From an uncultured cyanobacterium (lineage in GTDB: Bacteria; Cyanobacteriota; Cyanobacteriia; Phormidesmidales; Phormidesmidaceae): a DNA stretch of 64,000 nucleotides. Positions 20,532 through 30,160 of this stretch are shown piece by piece (position 1 is the stretch's first letter; every line of letters begins with the position of its first letter). The stretch spans positions 1,792,001-1,856,000 of the forward strand of contig CAWBZI010000001.1 in assembly GCA_963793265.1 (NCBI GenBank), written 5' to 3'. The position numbers were made by a program, and so were the translations under genes. Under the pieces are notes generated by a model, which worked only from the letters and a program-made list of their open reading frames with translations, made no database searches and was not told the DNA's origin.

Positions 20532-23500
20532 ATGTTTAATACTCCTAATACAGACAGTTCACTTAATGCTGGCTTCGCCTCCACCTCTGGATTTAGCGAA
20601 ACTGGCGATACTTCACTATTATTAGTCCCTAGCGCTAGCCCAACAAACCCCTCACCTGTTGGATCTAGCGGCAGACAGCTCACGTTTATCGACGCCCGCG
20701 TTGATGACTACCAGCAGCTAGCCGACAATATTATTGCTGGCGACGTTTTCTTACTTGATTCGGCGCGTGATGGTGTTGAACAAATCACCGAAACGCTTGC
20801 GCAGTACGACGATATCACTGGGTTACATCTCGTTTCCCACGGCAGTGATGGACTATTGCAGTTGGGCAACTCCATTCTTAACAGTGGCTCAATTGGCCAG
20901 TACGAACAATCTCTCAAAAGCTGGGACGACGCGCTCGCCTCAGAGGCCGATATTATGGTCTACGGCTGCGATGTAGCCGCAGGCGACACGGGCACCCACT
21001 TTGTTAAAGAGTTGGGGCGGTTGACGGGCGCAGATGTAGCCGCTTCAACAGATCTTACCGGAAGCGCTAATCAGCAGGGCGACTGGGATCTAGAATTTGC
21101 GACTGGCAGTATCGAGACTGATTTGGTGTTTAGTGGTGCGATCGCCTCATCCTACGAAGGCGTACTAGCTACCTACAACGAAGTGAGCACGCTACGCATC
21201 ATGCCACTAGGCGACTCTATCACCCGCACTGGCAACGCTGGATTTGATGGCTACCGCCGCGACCTCTGGAAGAAGCTGGTCGCGAATGGATACAACAAGC
21301 TAGATTTTGTCGGCGGCGGTGACTTTACCGGCCCCAACAACGACTACGACGTAAACCACGAAGGCCACGGCGGCTGGAGAGCCGATCAGATTGCGGACAA
21401 TGCAGTTCGCTACGCCCAGGATCACAACCCTGATGTCGTTTTGTTGCACATCGGGACTAACGATGCCAATCAAGGCCAGAGCGTGCAGAGTACGCTAGAC
21501 GACATTGGCCGGATTATCGATCGGCTGAGATCGGTCAATCCTAACGTCGCTGTGCTCCTAGCCAAAATCATTCCTAGCTCTTCAAATAGAAATGCCACCG
21601 AGGCTAGTGCGGTTGCCGCTCTCAGCGGCCAAATTTATAAAGTCGCACAGTCTAAAAACCAATCGGGCTCACCCGTCATCCTGGTCGATCAGTACAGCGG
21701 CTTCAACCCTGACGCAGACACCTACGATGGCCTCCACCCCAACAACAGCGGCCAGGCCAAAATGGCCGACAGATGGTATTCAGCCCTCGCCGGACTCTTC
21801 AGCAGCGGCCACCAGTACAACCGGCCCGGCTCTGATAACGGCGGTGGTAGCGGCGGCAATAATCCCACGCCAGGCGGCAACGGTAATGGACTCAAAGCCG
21901 AATACTACAACAACATAGACTTCACAAATCTAGCGCTCACTCGCACAGATTCCACAGTCAACTTCAACTGGGGTAAGGGTTCGCCCAATTCCAATATCGG
22001 CTCCGACACCTTCTCGGCTCGCTGGACAGGACAAGTAGAGCCTCGCTACAGCGAGAACTACACCTTCTACACCACCTCCGACGATGGCATCAGGCTTTGG
22101 GTTAACGGCCAGCTCGTCATCGATCGCTTCTACGACCAAGCGCCTACCGAGCACAGAGGCAACATCACGCTTACCGCTGGGCAAAAGTACGACATCCGTA
22201 TGGAGTACTACGAAAAGGGGGGCGGCGCAGCAGCGAAGCTTTCCTGGTCTAGCGCCTCTCAATCAAAAGAGATCATCCCTGAATCTCAGCTCTTCAGTAG
22301 CACCACCACAAATCCACCGACAGGTGGCGGTAACGGTGGCACCACGAATCCCCCAACTGGCGGCGGCACGTCAACTGGCGGCGGCGATGGCCTCACCGCT
22401 CAATACTTCGACAACTACGACTACACCAATCTTAAGGTTACGCGTATCGACCCCAACATCAACTTCGACTGGGGTGCGGGCTCTCCCGACTCTAGAGTTG
22501 GCGGCAACGGCTTCTCGGCTCGCTGGACTGGTCTTATCGAAGCCCAGTACTCCGAAACCTACACCTTCTACACCAGCATCGACGATGGCGTTCAGCTCTG
22601 GGTCAACGGGCAGCTTCTCGTTGACCACCTTGTCTCACCGTCTAGGGGCGAGTTCAGCGGCAGCATTGATCTAGTCGCCGGGCAAAAGTACGACATCCGC
22701 ATGGAGTACTTTGAAGACGGCGGCGATGCCCTCGCTCAGCTTTCATGGTCTAGCGCCTCACAGGCTAAGCAGATTGTGCCGCAGTCATACCTCTTCAGCA
22801 GCAGTAGCGCTGTCCCCACCCCGCCTACTTCCGGCGGCGGTGGCACGACAAATCCACCTACTTCGGGTGGCAACGGCGGCAACCCGACGCCAAGCGGCAA
22901 TGGCAACGGCCTCAAAGCTGAGTACTACAACAATATGGACTTCACGGATCTAGCGCTTACCCGCACAGATTCCACAGTCAACTTCAACTGGGGCAAAGGC
23001 TCACCCAATTCCAACATCGGCTCCGACACCTTCTCCGCTCGCTGGACAGGCCAAGTAGAACCTCGCTACAGCGAAATCTACACCTTCCACACCACTTCTG
23101 ACGACGGCATCAGGCTTTGGGTCAACGGTCAGCTCATCATCGATCGCTTCTACGATCAAGCGCCTACTGAGCATACGGGCACTATCATGCTTGCCGCTGG
23201 GCAAAAGTACGATATCCGCATGGACTACTACGAGAAAGGCGGCGGCGCAGCAGCCAAACTTGGCTGGTCTAGCGCCTCTCAGAGAAAAGAAATCATTCCT
23301 GAATCTCAACTCTTCAGCGCTAGCAGCGGCACCACTACGCCACCGACTGGTGGCGGCAGTGGCGGCACTACAAATCCACCAACGGGGGGCGGCACCAATC
23401 CATCCACTGGGGGCAATACGCCAACAGCCAGTAACGGCGATGGCCTCACCGCTCAATACTTCGACAACTACGACTACACCAATCTTAAGGTCACGCGTAT

Positions 23501-24398
23501 CGACCCCAACATCAACTTCGATTGGGGCGCAGGTTCGCCTGATTCTAGAGTTGGCGGCAACGGCTTCTCGGCTCGCTGGACTGGTCTTATCGAAGCTCAA
23601 TACTCCGAAACCTACACCTTCTACACCAGCATCGACGATGGCGTTCAGCTCTGGGTCAACGGACAGCTTCTGGTTGACCACCTCGTTTCGCCGTCTAGGG
23701 GCGAGTTCAGCGGCAGCATTGATCTAGTCGCTGGCCAAAAGTACGACATCCGCATGGAGTACTTTGAAGATGGTGGCGATGCCTTAGCTCAGCTCTCATG
23801 GTCTAGCGCCTCGCAGGCTAAGCAAATTGTGCCGCAGTCACAGCTCTTTAGCAGTGGCACCGCGAGCGCACCTAGCGGTGCCAGCACAGCGCCCCCAGTG
23901 TCAGCACCGCCAACAGCACCGCCAGCATCCGCTAGCAGCAACACGCCTCGCTCAACCAGTGGGACAACGGCCAGTAACGGCAACGGTCTGCTCGCTCAGT
24001 ACTTCGATAACTACGACTACACCAACCTCAAGGTGACACGTACCGATGCCAACATCAACTTCGACTGGGGTGCGGGCTCTCCCGACTCTAGAGTCGGCGG
24101 CAACGGCTTCTCGGCTCGCTGGACGGGGTTAGTTGAAGCCCAATACTCCGAAACTTACACCTTCTACACCAGCATTGACGACGGCGTTCAGCTCTGGGTC
24201 AACGGACAGCTTCTCGTTGATCACCTCGTTTCGCCGTCTAGGGGCGAGTTCAGCGGCAGCATTGATCTAGTCGCTGGCCAAAAGTACGACATCCGCATGG
24301 AGTACTTTGAAGACGGCGGCGATGCCTTAGCTCAGCTCTCATGGTCTAGCGCCTCGCAGGCTAAGCAAATCGTGCCGCAGTCACAGTTGTTTTCTTAG
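20532..24398 (+). CDS. large DUF4347 + SGNH/GDSL esterase + five PA14 domain protein
   Basis: DUF4347 (LHLVSHG, YGCDVAAG, GADVAASTDLTG..GDWDLE); SGNH (PLGDSIT, HEGHGGW, IGTND, DGLHP); five PA14 units (GL.A.Y...FSARWTG...DDG..LW) separated by G/T/P/S/N linkers. Confidence 0.9.
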   Translation: MFNTPNTDSSLNAGFASTSGFSETGDTSLLLVPSASPTNPSPVGSSGRQLTFIDARVDDYQQLADNIIAGDVFLLDSARDGVEQITETLAQYDDITGLHLVSHGSDGLLQLGNSILNSGSIGQYEQSLKSWDDALASEADIMVYGCDVAAGDTGTHFVKELGRLTGADVAASTDLTGSANQQGDWDLEFATGSIETDLVFSGAIASSYEGVLATYNEVSTLRIMPLGDSITRTGNAGFDGYRRDLWKKLVANGYNKLDFVGGGDFTGPNNDYDVNHEGHGGWRADQIADNAVRYAQDHNPDVVLLHIGTNDANQGQSVQSTLDDIGRIIDRLRSVNPNVAVLLAKIIPSSSNRNATEASAVAALSGQIYKVAQSKNQSGSPVILVDQYSGFNPDADTYDGLHPNNSGQAKMADRWYSALAGLFSSGHQYNRPGSDNGGGSGGNNPTPGGNGNGLKAEYYNNIDFTNLALTRTDSTVNFNWGKGSPNSNIGSDTFSARWTGQVEPRYSENYTFYTTSDDGIRLWVNGQLVIDRFYDQAPTEHRGNITLTAGQKYDIRMEYYEKGGGAAAKLSWSSASQSKEIIPESQLFSSTTTNPPTGGGNGGTTNPPTGGGTSTGGGDGLTAQYFDNYDYTNLKVTRIDPNINFDWGAGSPDSRVGGNGFSARWTGLIEAQYSETYTFYTSIDDGVQLWVNGQLLVDHLVSPSRGEFSGSIDLVAGQKYDIRMEYFEDGGDALAQLSWSSASQAKQIVPQSYLFSSSSAVPTPPTSGGGGTTNPPTSGGNGGNPTPSGNGNGLKAEYYNNMDFTDLALTRTDSTVNFNWGKGSPNSNIGSDTFSARWTGQVEPRYSEIYTFHTTSDDGIRLWVNGQLIIDRFYDQAPTEHTGTIMLAAGQKYDIRMDYYEKGGGAAAKLGWSSASQRKEIIPESQLFSASSGTTTPPTGGGSGGTTNPPTGGGTNPSTGGNTPTASNGDGLTAQYFDNYDYTNLKVTRIDPNINFDWGAGSPDSRVGGNGFSARWTGLIEAQYSETYTFYTSIDDGVQLWVNGQLLVDHLVSPSRGEFSGSIDLVAGQKYDIRMEYFEDGGDALAQLSWSSASQAKQIVPQSQLFSSGTASAPSGASTAPPVSAPPTAPPASASSNTPRSTSGTTASNGNGLLAQYFDNYDYTNLKVTRTDANINFDWGAGSPDSRVGGNGFSARWTGLVEAQYSETYTFYTSIDDGVQLWVNGQLLVDHLVSPSRGEFSGSIDLVAGQKYDIRMEYFEDGGDALAQLSWSSASQAKQIVPQSQLFS
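21888..24395 (+). repeat. intragenic ~410-bp PA14 repeats in the order A-B-A-B-B
   Basis: Type A at ~21888 and ~22908 (GLKAEYYNN.DF); type B at ~22389, ~23442 and ~23985 (GL.AQYFDNYDY). Copies of a type are near-identical at DNA level. Confidence 0.9.
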
Positions 24399-24474
24399 AA
24401 TAGGCTCTCAGAGAAGAGCACATAGTAGGCGTTAGAGATTAACGATCAAAAGCATACAAACAAAATAAAAGGAA

Positions 24475-24508
24475 GAAGAGGGTGTCAGCAATGCTGATGC
24501 CCTTTTTC
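24475..24508 (+). terminator. rho-independent terminator
   Basis: GAAGAGGGTGTCAGCA-A-TGCTGATGCCCTTTTTC hairpin with a T tract, after the PA14 gene. Confidence 0.65.
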
Positions 24509-24690
24509 GTTAACTACTGAAGAAATCTGCCAAAGCGTAAATCTTTTATACAGACAGCCTATGCGAGCAAGCGCTTAAATTAAAAGCAGGTTAACTTTAG
24601 GTTATGAAACAGCTAGTGTTCGATACATACTGTTTTCACAGGGGCCAAGCTCAACGTGCAGAAGCTACCAGTTCTATCTTCTTTAAAGCA

Positions 24691-25401
24691 ATGTCAATTT
24701 CAATACACCCGAAAGCTATTCTCAAGGCTTTGTTCTTATTCACACTTGGCCTTACTTTACTGAATCTCATAGGCGTTGTAGCTAAGTCGCTAGGCCATGG
24801 TTCTCTGCTGGGTTTTGTTCAGATGTTTGACTTCAACTTGGAGCGTAATGTCCCAACGCTCTATTCTTCTACCAATCTGATGTTCAGCGCGCTACTACTG
24901 ATGTTTGTAGCAGCAAAGCATAAAGCGATAAAACTTCCTTGGGTACCGTGGGTGGGGCTATCAGCTGTCTTTTGTCTACTGTCAATAGATGAGTTTTTTG
25001 AACTCCACGAGCGTACGGCGGCTCCTGTTCAACAGCTATTAAACATCTCGAAAGATTTTTACTACGTATGGTCAATACCCTATCTTTTATTCATAGGTGT
25101 GCTCTTCCTACTCTATTTCAAACTCCTGATGAGACTGCCTGAGAGAACGCGTTTCTTATTTATTTTGGCAGGTATTCTTTTTATCTCAGGTGCTGTTGGC
25201 TTTGAGGCCATTGGCAACTTTCAATCAGAGATAGTTCAGAGTAGAGAAACGCTCGCCTATCGATTGTTTGTAACCTGTGAAGAATTTCTCGAAATGTTGA
25301 GCATTGTTATCTTCATTTATTCTTTGTTTGACTATATCGTAGTCAAGTTTGGTTCTATTGTCGTACAGGTAGATAGTGACACGCCTACCCATCGTGCTTA
25401 G
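24691..25401 (+). CDS. hypothetical multi-pass membrane protein
   Basis: About 6 hydrophobic segments; FDFNLERNVPTLYSS, SIDEFFELHE, CEEFLEM motifs. Confidence 0.75.
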   Translation: MSISIHPKAILKALFLFTLGLTLLNLIGVVAKSLGHGSLLGFVQMFDFNLERNVPTLYSSTNLMFSALLLMFVAAKHKAIKLPWVPWVGLSAVFCLLSIDEFFELHERTAAPVQQLLNISKDFYYVWSIPYLLFIGVLFLLYFKLLMRLPERTRFLFILAGILFISGAVGFEAIGNFQSEIVQSRETLAYRLFVTCEEFLEMLSIVIFIYSLFDYIVVKFGSIVVQVDSDTPTHRA

Positions 25402-25484
25402 CTGTGCTTAGCGACACCGCTAGTGATGCTATCATTTCCAGGGTTTAGTTCTACGCCTTGTCGGTCGGGTCGAATGCCGTGGAT

Positions 25485-27190
25485 ATGTTGCAGACAAGTT
25501 TTAACGATGACGAAAAGTTGCCTCTATCAGCAGCTAAAGCAAGAGAGCATCAGTATAGAAAAGCAAACAAACGCTACATTTTATTCACCGTAATACTCTC
25601 GCTCGCTGTGATCGCGGCACATACATTTCGACTGGCAGAAGTACCGGCTGGGCTGTATATGGATGAGTCGTCTATTGGGCTCAATGCGGCCTTAATTGCG
25701 CAGCAGGGCGTAGATGAATATGGAGATCGCTTTCCTACGTACTTCAAAGCGTTTGGCGAGTATAAAAACCCTACCTATATCTATGCCAGTGCGCTTCTTT
25801 TTAAGCTTTTTGGTATCTCGGTTTTCAATTTAAGACTCACGAGCTGTCTCTTCTTTCTAACGGGTTTATTTTTCACGCTGCTGCTCACATCTAAGCTGTT
25901 TTCAAAAAACAGAATCATTCAGCTATACACGCTGCTTTCCCTCGGGTTCTTACCGGTTTTTTTCGTACTCTCAAGAGTATCCTTTGAAGCGATTTCTCAG
26001 CTTACGTGGGTAGCTGCAATCAATCTATCAGTATGGTTGACTTTTTATGAGAAGGGCAAAGAAGGCACCCTTGATAGTGATCGCAGCGATCGAACACCCA
26101 TAGAAACAACTACCTCAAAGCCACCGCTTGCGGGCTTTTGCTGGGCACATCTATCTACACATATTCCACGGCTCGGCTGCTATCAGGTCTGATGCTGATT
26201 TCGCTGTGGGCTATCTACTTCGACCGAAACAATCTTAAAAAGCTAGGTTTAATCACCGCAGCATTCACTGTCTCCTTAGGTCCCTATCTCTATTTCGTTC
26301 GCTTTCACCGAGGGGCCACCACGGGAAGATTCAAGATCATTTCATATATTGACGATCCGATATCTACGCCTCGAAAGATCCTTATATTCATCCAAAACTT
26401 CTTTGAATACTGGTCGCCAGATTTTTTGCTGTTCAGCGGCGATGCTAATCTACGGCATTCGATTGGCTATGGCGGGATTATCTTTGGGACAACGCTGCTT
26501 TTGTTCTTAGTCGCGATCGCCTACTTCATCCTCCACAAAAGAACCACAGGCCCATCCACCCTCACCCGCTTCACCCTTTTCCTCATCCTCAATTTACTCG
26601 CCTCTCCAGTCGCCGCCTCGCTCACCTCAGAAAGCGTCCCCCACTCTCTACGAAGCCTGCTACTGGGCTACTACATTCTGCTAATTTCCTGCTACGGGCT
26701 CGCCTTCCTGCTAAAGATCAAAGACCATCGCCTCAAAAAAGGACTCCTGATAGGTCTTTCTAGCTTACTGATCTTTGAGGTTATCGCTTCTCAGATTTAC
26801 TATTTCGGAGCCTATCCTGCAAACAGCGTAGCGGCGATGGAAAGCTTTGACTTTCAAACTTCATTACAAACCGCGATCGCCCAAGATCCAGACGAAATCA
26901 TCTTCGTTAACCAGCCCACCGCCGCCTACGCCAATCTAGAGTTCTACGAATTCTTGGTAGACAACCCTCAAAATATCCCAATAACAGCAACGCCCGGCCC
27001 TGAGCTAACCGCTGACAACACCTGCATTTTGTATCCCACCGAAATTGAACCCACCCTTAATGCAAGCCTAGACGCCCCGTTCAAAACGTTCGAGCACACG
27101 AAGCCACTGACAGCCATAGAGAGAACAGTGCGAGGCATGGAGCCAGTCAAGTCTTTTATTAAAGTTAGATGCTATGAGAAGTCTGCCTAG
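25485..27190 (+). pseudogene. ArnT/PMT-like (GT-C) glycosyltransferase split by a 1-nt frameshift near 26092 (pseudogene or sequencing error)
   Basis: ORF1 carries PAGLYMDE..IG.NA and FGEYKNPTYIY. The ORF2 frame continues NYLKATACGLLLGTSIYTYSTAR...FSGDANLRHS. Adding one base at 26093 gives a single ~568-aa ORF. Confidence 0.8.
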
Positions 27191-27205
27191 AAGCGACTGA
27201 CGGTT

Positions 27206-28612
27206 TCAAGCGTCCGCTGCGCGCTTGAGGAAATGCTGAGGACGGATCAGAAGCGCGATCGCTCCTATTCCCAAAAGAACGATTCCCCCCGACCAAGCAG
27301 GCATCAAACCATTCAAGATTAGCGACGGCATTGCGGTCATTATGAGTCCAATTACAGCGATCGCAGAAACCGTCCAGCCCATACGTCGGTAGCCCATCTT
27401 AATCAATACCTGCAAGCACACCAAAGTCAGCCCCGCCTCACTCATCAGCGTCGCCACCGCCGCTCCAGGAGCCCCCATCGCCGGAATCAAAACCAGATTC
27501 GCCGCCACGTTTAGCAAAACCGCACCCACCAACAAAGGCGGTAGGTAGCGATCCTGCTTAGTCGCAATAATGATATATCGCGCCAGCTCACCAAAAACAA
27601 TCACCGCAACGCTTGGCAGCAGAATCGCTAGCGACTTCACAGCCAGCGCGTACTCTTCGCCATAAAGCACGCCCACAATTGGCACCTGCAAACAGCCCGC
27701 GACAAAAACAACCGGTAAAATTCCAAGCGTTAGGAGTAGCGTCGTTTGGTACACCTGCCGGGCCATCTGGCCTTTGTCACCAACAAACGACCGACTTAAC
27801 CGAGTGAAAGACACATAGAAAACGACCCGAGACAGTGCGCCAAAGATCTCCATAATGCGATACGAAGCACTGTACAGGCCCGCCTCGCCATCAGGCGCAA
27901 TCCCCTTAAGCATCAGCACATCAGCCTGATAAAAAACAACCCACAAAACGCCAGAGAGCGCTAGAGGAAGCGCCATCTTAAAAGCGCTCACTGAACGACT
28001 GATATTCAACGGCGACCATAGGCTAAATCGCTTGCTCAAGTAGCGCAAAAGGGCCAAAAGATGAACAATGCGAGTCGCGGCAAACGTCAGAATCACCCAG
28101 AATAAGCTGTGCGTCAGCAGCATAACGCTTACCGCACAAGCAACAACAAAAAACCGTTCTAAAGCAACAGCAATTGTCTCAGTCCTAAACTGTTCTAATC
28201 CCTTCAGCAGCCCTCGCAGCGTCATCACAACGCTACGACTTACTTCAGCAAAAGCCACTAAGTAGAAGATAATGACATCTGATCCCTCAATACCCAACAA
28301 GCGGGTAATCGGAAATAGAATAATTAAAACAAATAGAGCACCGACCCCTTCAACTGCTAAAAAATCAGTCGTTGAACGTAACCCTTTCTCACGATCTAGG
28401 GCAACTTCGCGGTTCAATAAGTCAGGAAAGCCAAGGCTGATAGCCAGAGAAAGAATAGAGCCTAAAGCAGCAGCGCTCGCAAATATTTCATACTGCTCTA
28501 GCCCTAGAACTCTGGCAAGCAATAAGTAAAATAGCAGCGTTAGCGCTAAGGTTGCTTCGCCCAAAAACGCATACAAGTATGAAAAATCTATGATGCTAAA
28601 AAGCTTTTTCAC
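27206..28612 (-). CDS. Wzx-like polysaccharide flippase (MOP family)
   Basis: About 12-14 TM segments; LARVLG...Y, DVLML, AGLYSASYRI, NLVLIP.MGAPGAAVATL.SE. Confidence 0.88.
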   Translation of the reverse strand: MKKLFSIIDFSYLYAFLGEATLALTLLFYLLLARVLGLEQYEIFASAAALGSILSLAISLGFPDLLNREVALDREKGLRSTTDFLAVEGVGALFVLIILFPITRLLGIEGSDVIIFYLVAFAEVSRSVVMTLRGLLKGLEQFRTETIAVALERFFVVACAVSVMLLTHSLFWVILTFAATRIVHLLALLRYLSKRFSLWSPLNISRSVSAFKMALPLALSGVLWVVFYQADVLMLKGIAPDGEAGLYSASYRIMEIFGALSRVVFYVSFTRLSRSFVGDKGQMARQVYQTTLLLTLGILPVVFVAGCLQVPIVGVLYGEEYALAVKSLAILLPSVAVIVFGELARYIIIATKQDRYLPPLLVGAVLLNVAANLVLIPAMGAPGAAVATLMSEAGLTLVCLQVLIKMGYRRMGWTVSAIAVIGLIMTAMPSLILNGLMPAWSGGIVLLGIGAIALLIRPQHFLKRAADA

Positions 28613-29017
28613 GGAGACACCCTTTATTTATAGAGATACTGCATCTATGGAGACACTTCGGTGCGATCACGCGCAGCATCCACACCTATCCTCTCAGCAC
28701 GTGGTCTTACGTAAATATGGCTCATCAAGCCGTAAAAAGTAGGGAATTGCCGCAAAGAGAGTAACAGATCGAATAAAGAGTCAATAAAGTTATCTGGAAA
28801 CTAAGCGGAATTACGAGTATCTACCACTACTATCAGAAGCACAGTAAGCTTTCCGAGCAAACCTCTTGGTTGCCCCTACTTGGTTGCCCCCAAGCCCCGC
28901 TACTGAACACCATTTCAATAGCAGCTCAGGCAGCTTGTTTTGCTAGTCACATCCCCCCTGTTTGGCGCACATAATCTACTAAAGCAATCCCCTAATAAAA
29001 CTGTAGGAATCTAGATC

Positions 29018-30100
29018 GTGGCATCTTCCTTATTTGATTCACAGCTCTCCAGCTCGCAGCTCTCTGACGCCTATAAGCAGCGCCAGGCGCTATCGATAGA
29101 CCCCAGACAAAACCCGCCTGAGCATCCCGAAAATACAGCACCCGAAAGCCTGAAACCGCAAAGCATTTCGCTTTCGATCGTCGTGCCTATCTATAACGAG
29201 GTCGAAACACTTCCCCACCTCATAGAGCAAATCGAAAGAGGCGTTTCTACCTACCCCGAGCCCTACGAAATCATCTGTATAGACGATGGCTCCCAAGACG
29301 GCTCTACCGAACTCCTCAAGCAGTTAGCACGCCGCTATAAGCACTTACGAGCCGTAATTTTGCGTCGCAACTACGGCCAAACAGCAGCGATGGCCGCTGG
29401 CTTTGAGGCAGCTCAAGGTCAGGTCATTGTCACCATGGACGGCGACTTGCAAAACGACCCGCAAGATATTCTGTCCTTAGTTTCCAAACTTAATGAAGGC
29501 TACGATCTCGTAAGTGGCTGGCGCAGAAACCGCCAGGACGCGGCTCTCACCCGGCTGCTACCTTCCAAAATCGCCAACATCATTATCGGCAAGGTGACGG
29601 GGGTCAATATTCGCGACTATGGCTGTTCGCTCAAGGCCTATCGCGCCGACCTTGTTGCCGATCTCAAGCTCTACGGAGAGCTACACCGCTTTCTCCCGGC
29701 ACTTGCCTTTATAGAAGGGGCTCGAGTGACCGAAGTACCCGTGCGTCATCACGCCCGGCAGCATGGTCAAAGCAAATACGGATTAGGCAGAACCTTCCGA
29801 GTCGTGATGGACTTGCTCACCATCACCTTCATCAAAACGTTTCTAACTCGGCCCATGCACGTGTTTGGATCTCTCGGCATGATGTCTTTGGGTACAGGCT
29901 CTGTGCTGGGCATTTATCTGGTTTTTGTAAAGGTATTTCTCGGACAGGGAATTGGCGATCGCCCCCTCCTCCTTCTAGCTGTCGTCCTCGTCTTAGCAGG
30001 CGTCCAGCTATTCTGTTTTGGCCTCCTTGCAGAGCTACTAATGCGCACCTACCACGAGTCTCAAAACAAGCCTATCTACCGCGTTAGAGAGCGCGTATAG
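29018..30100 (+). CDS. GT2 polyprenol-phosphate glycosyltransferase (GtrB/ArnC/DPM-like)
   Basis: SIVVPIYNE, DDGSQDGS, RRNYGQTAA, DGDLQNDP, DYGCSLKAYR, two C-terminal TM helices. Confidence 0.92.
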   Translation: MASSLFDSQLSSSQLSDAYKQRQALSIDPRQNPPEHPENTAPESLKPQSISLSIVVPIYNEVETLPHLIEQIERGVSTYPEPYEIICIDDGSQDGSTELLKQLARRYKHLRAVILRRNYGQTAAMAAGFEAAQGQVIVTMDGDLQNDPQDILSLVSKLNEGYDLVSGWRRNRQDAALTRLLPSKIANIIIGKVTGVNIRDYGCSLKAYRADLVADLKLYGELHRFLPALAFIEGARVTEVPVRHHARQHGQSKYGLGRTFRVVMDLLTITFIKTFLTRPMHVFGSLGMMSLGTGSVLGIYLVFVKVFLGQGIGDRPLLLLAVVLVLAGVQLFCFGLLAELLMRTYHESQNKPIYRVRERV

Positions 30101-30160
30101 AGACAGTCAACTAAGGAGACGCCGCAGACAAGCCAGTACAGACGAGCCAGCACACAAGCC

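Noticed and set aside
21592..24036. Alternative-frame ORFs within the PA14 gene; repeats considered as a possible CRISPR or diversity-generating retroelement
   Set aside because: The repeats are ~410-bp in-frame coding domains with mostly synonymous differences. There is no spacer structure, no evident adenine-specific variation, and no reverse transcriptase or cas gene in the window.
26060..26140. Programmed ribosomal frameshift in the ArnT-like gene
   Set aside because: No slippery heptamer or homopolymer run at the junction; a single-base loss explains it more simply.
28699..28855. Partial matches to the GTA-N4-TAC motif in the flippase/GT2 spacer
   Set aside because: Too degenerate (wrong spacing or half-site) to count as copies.
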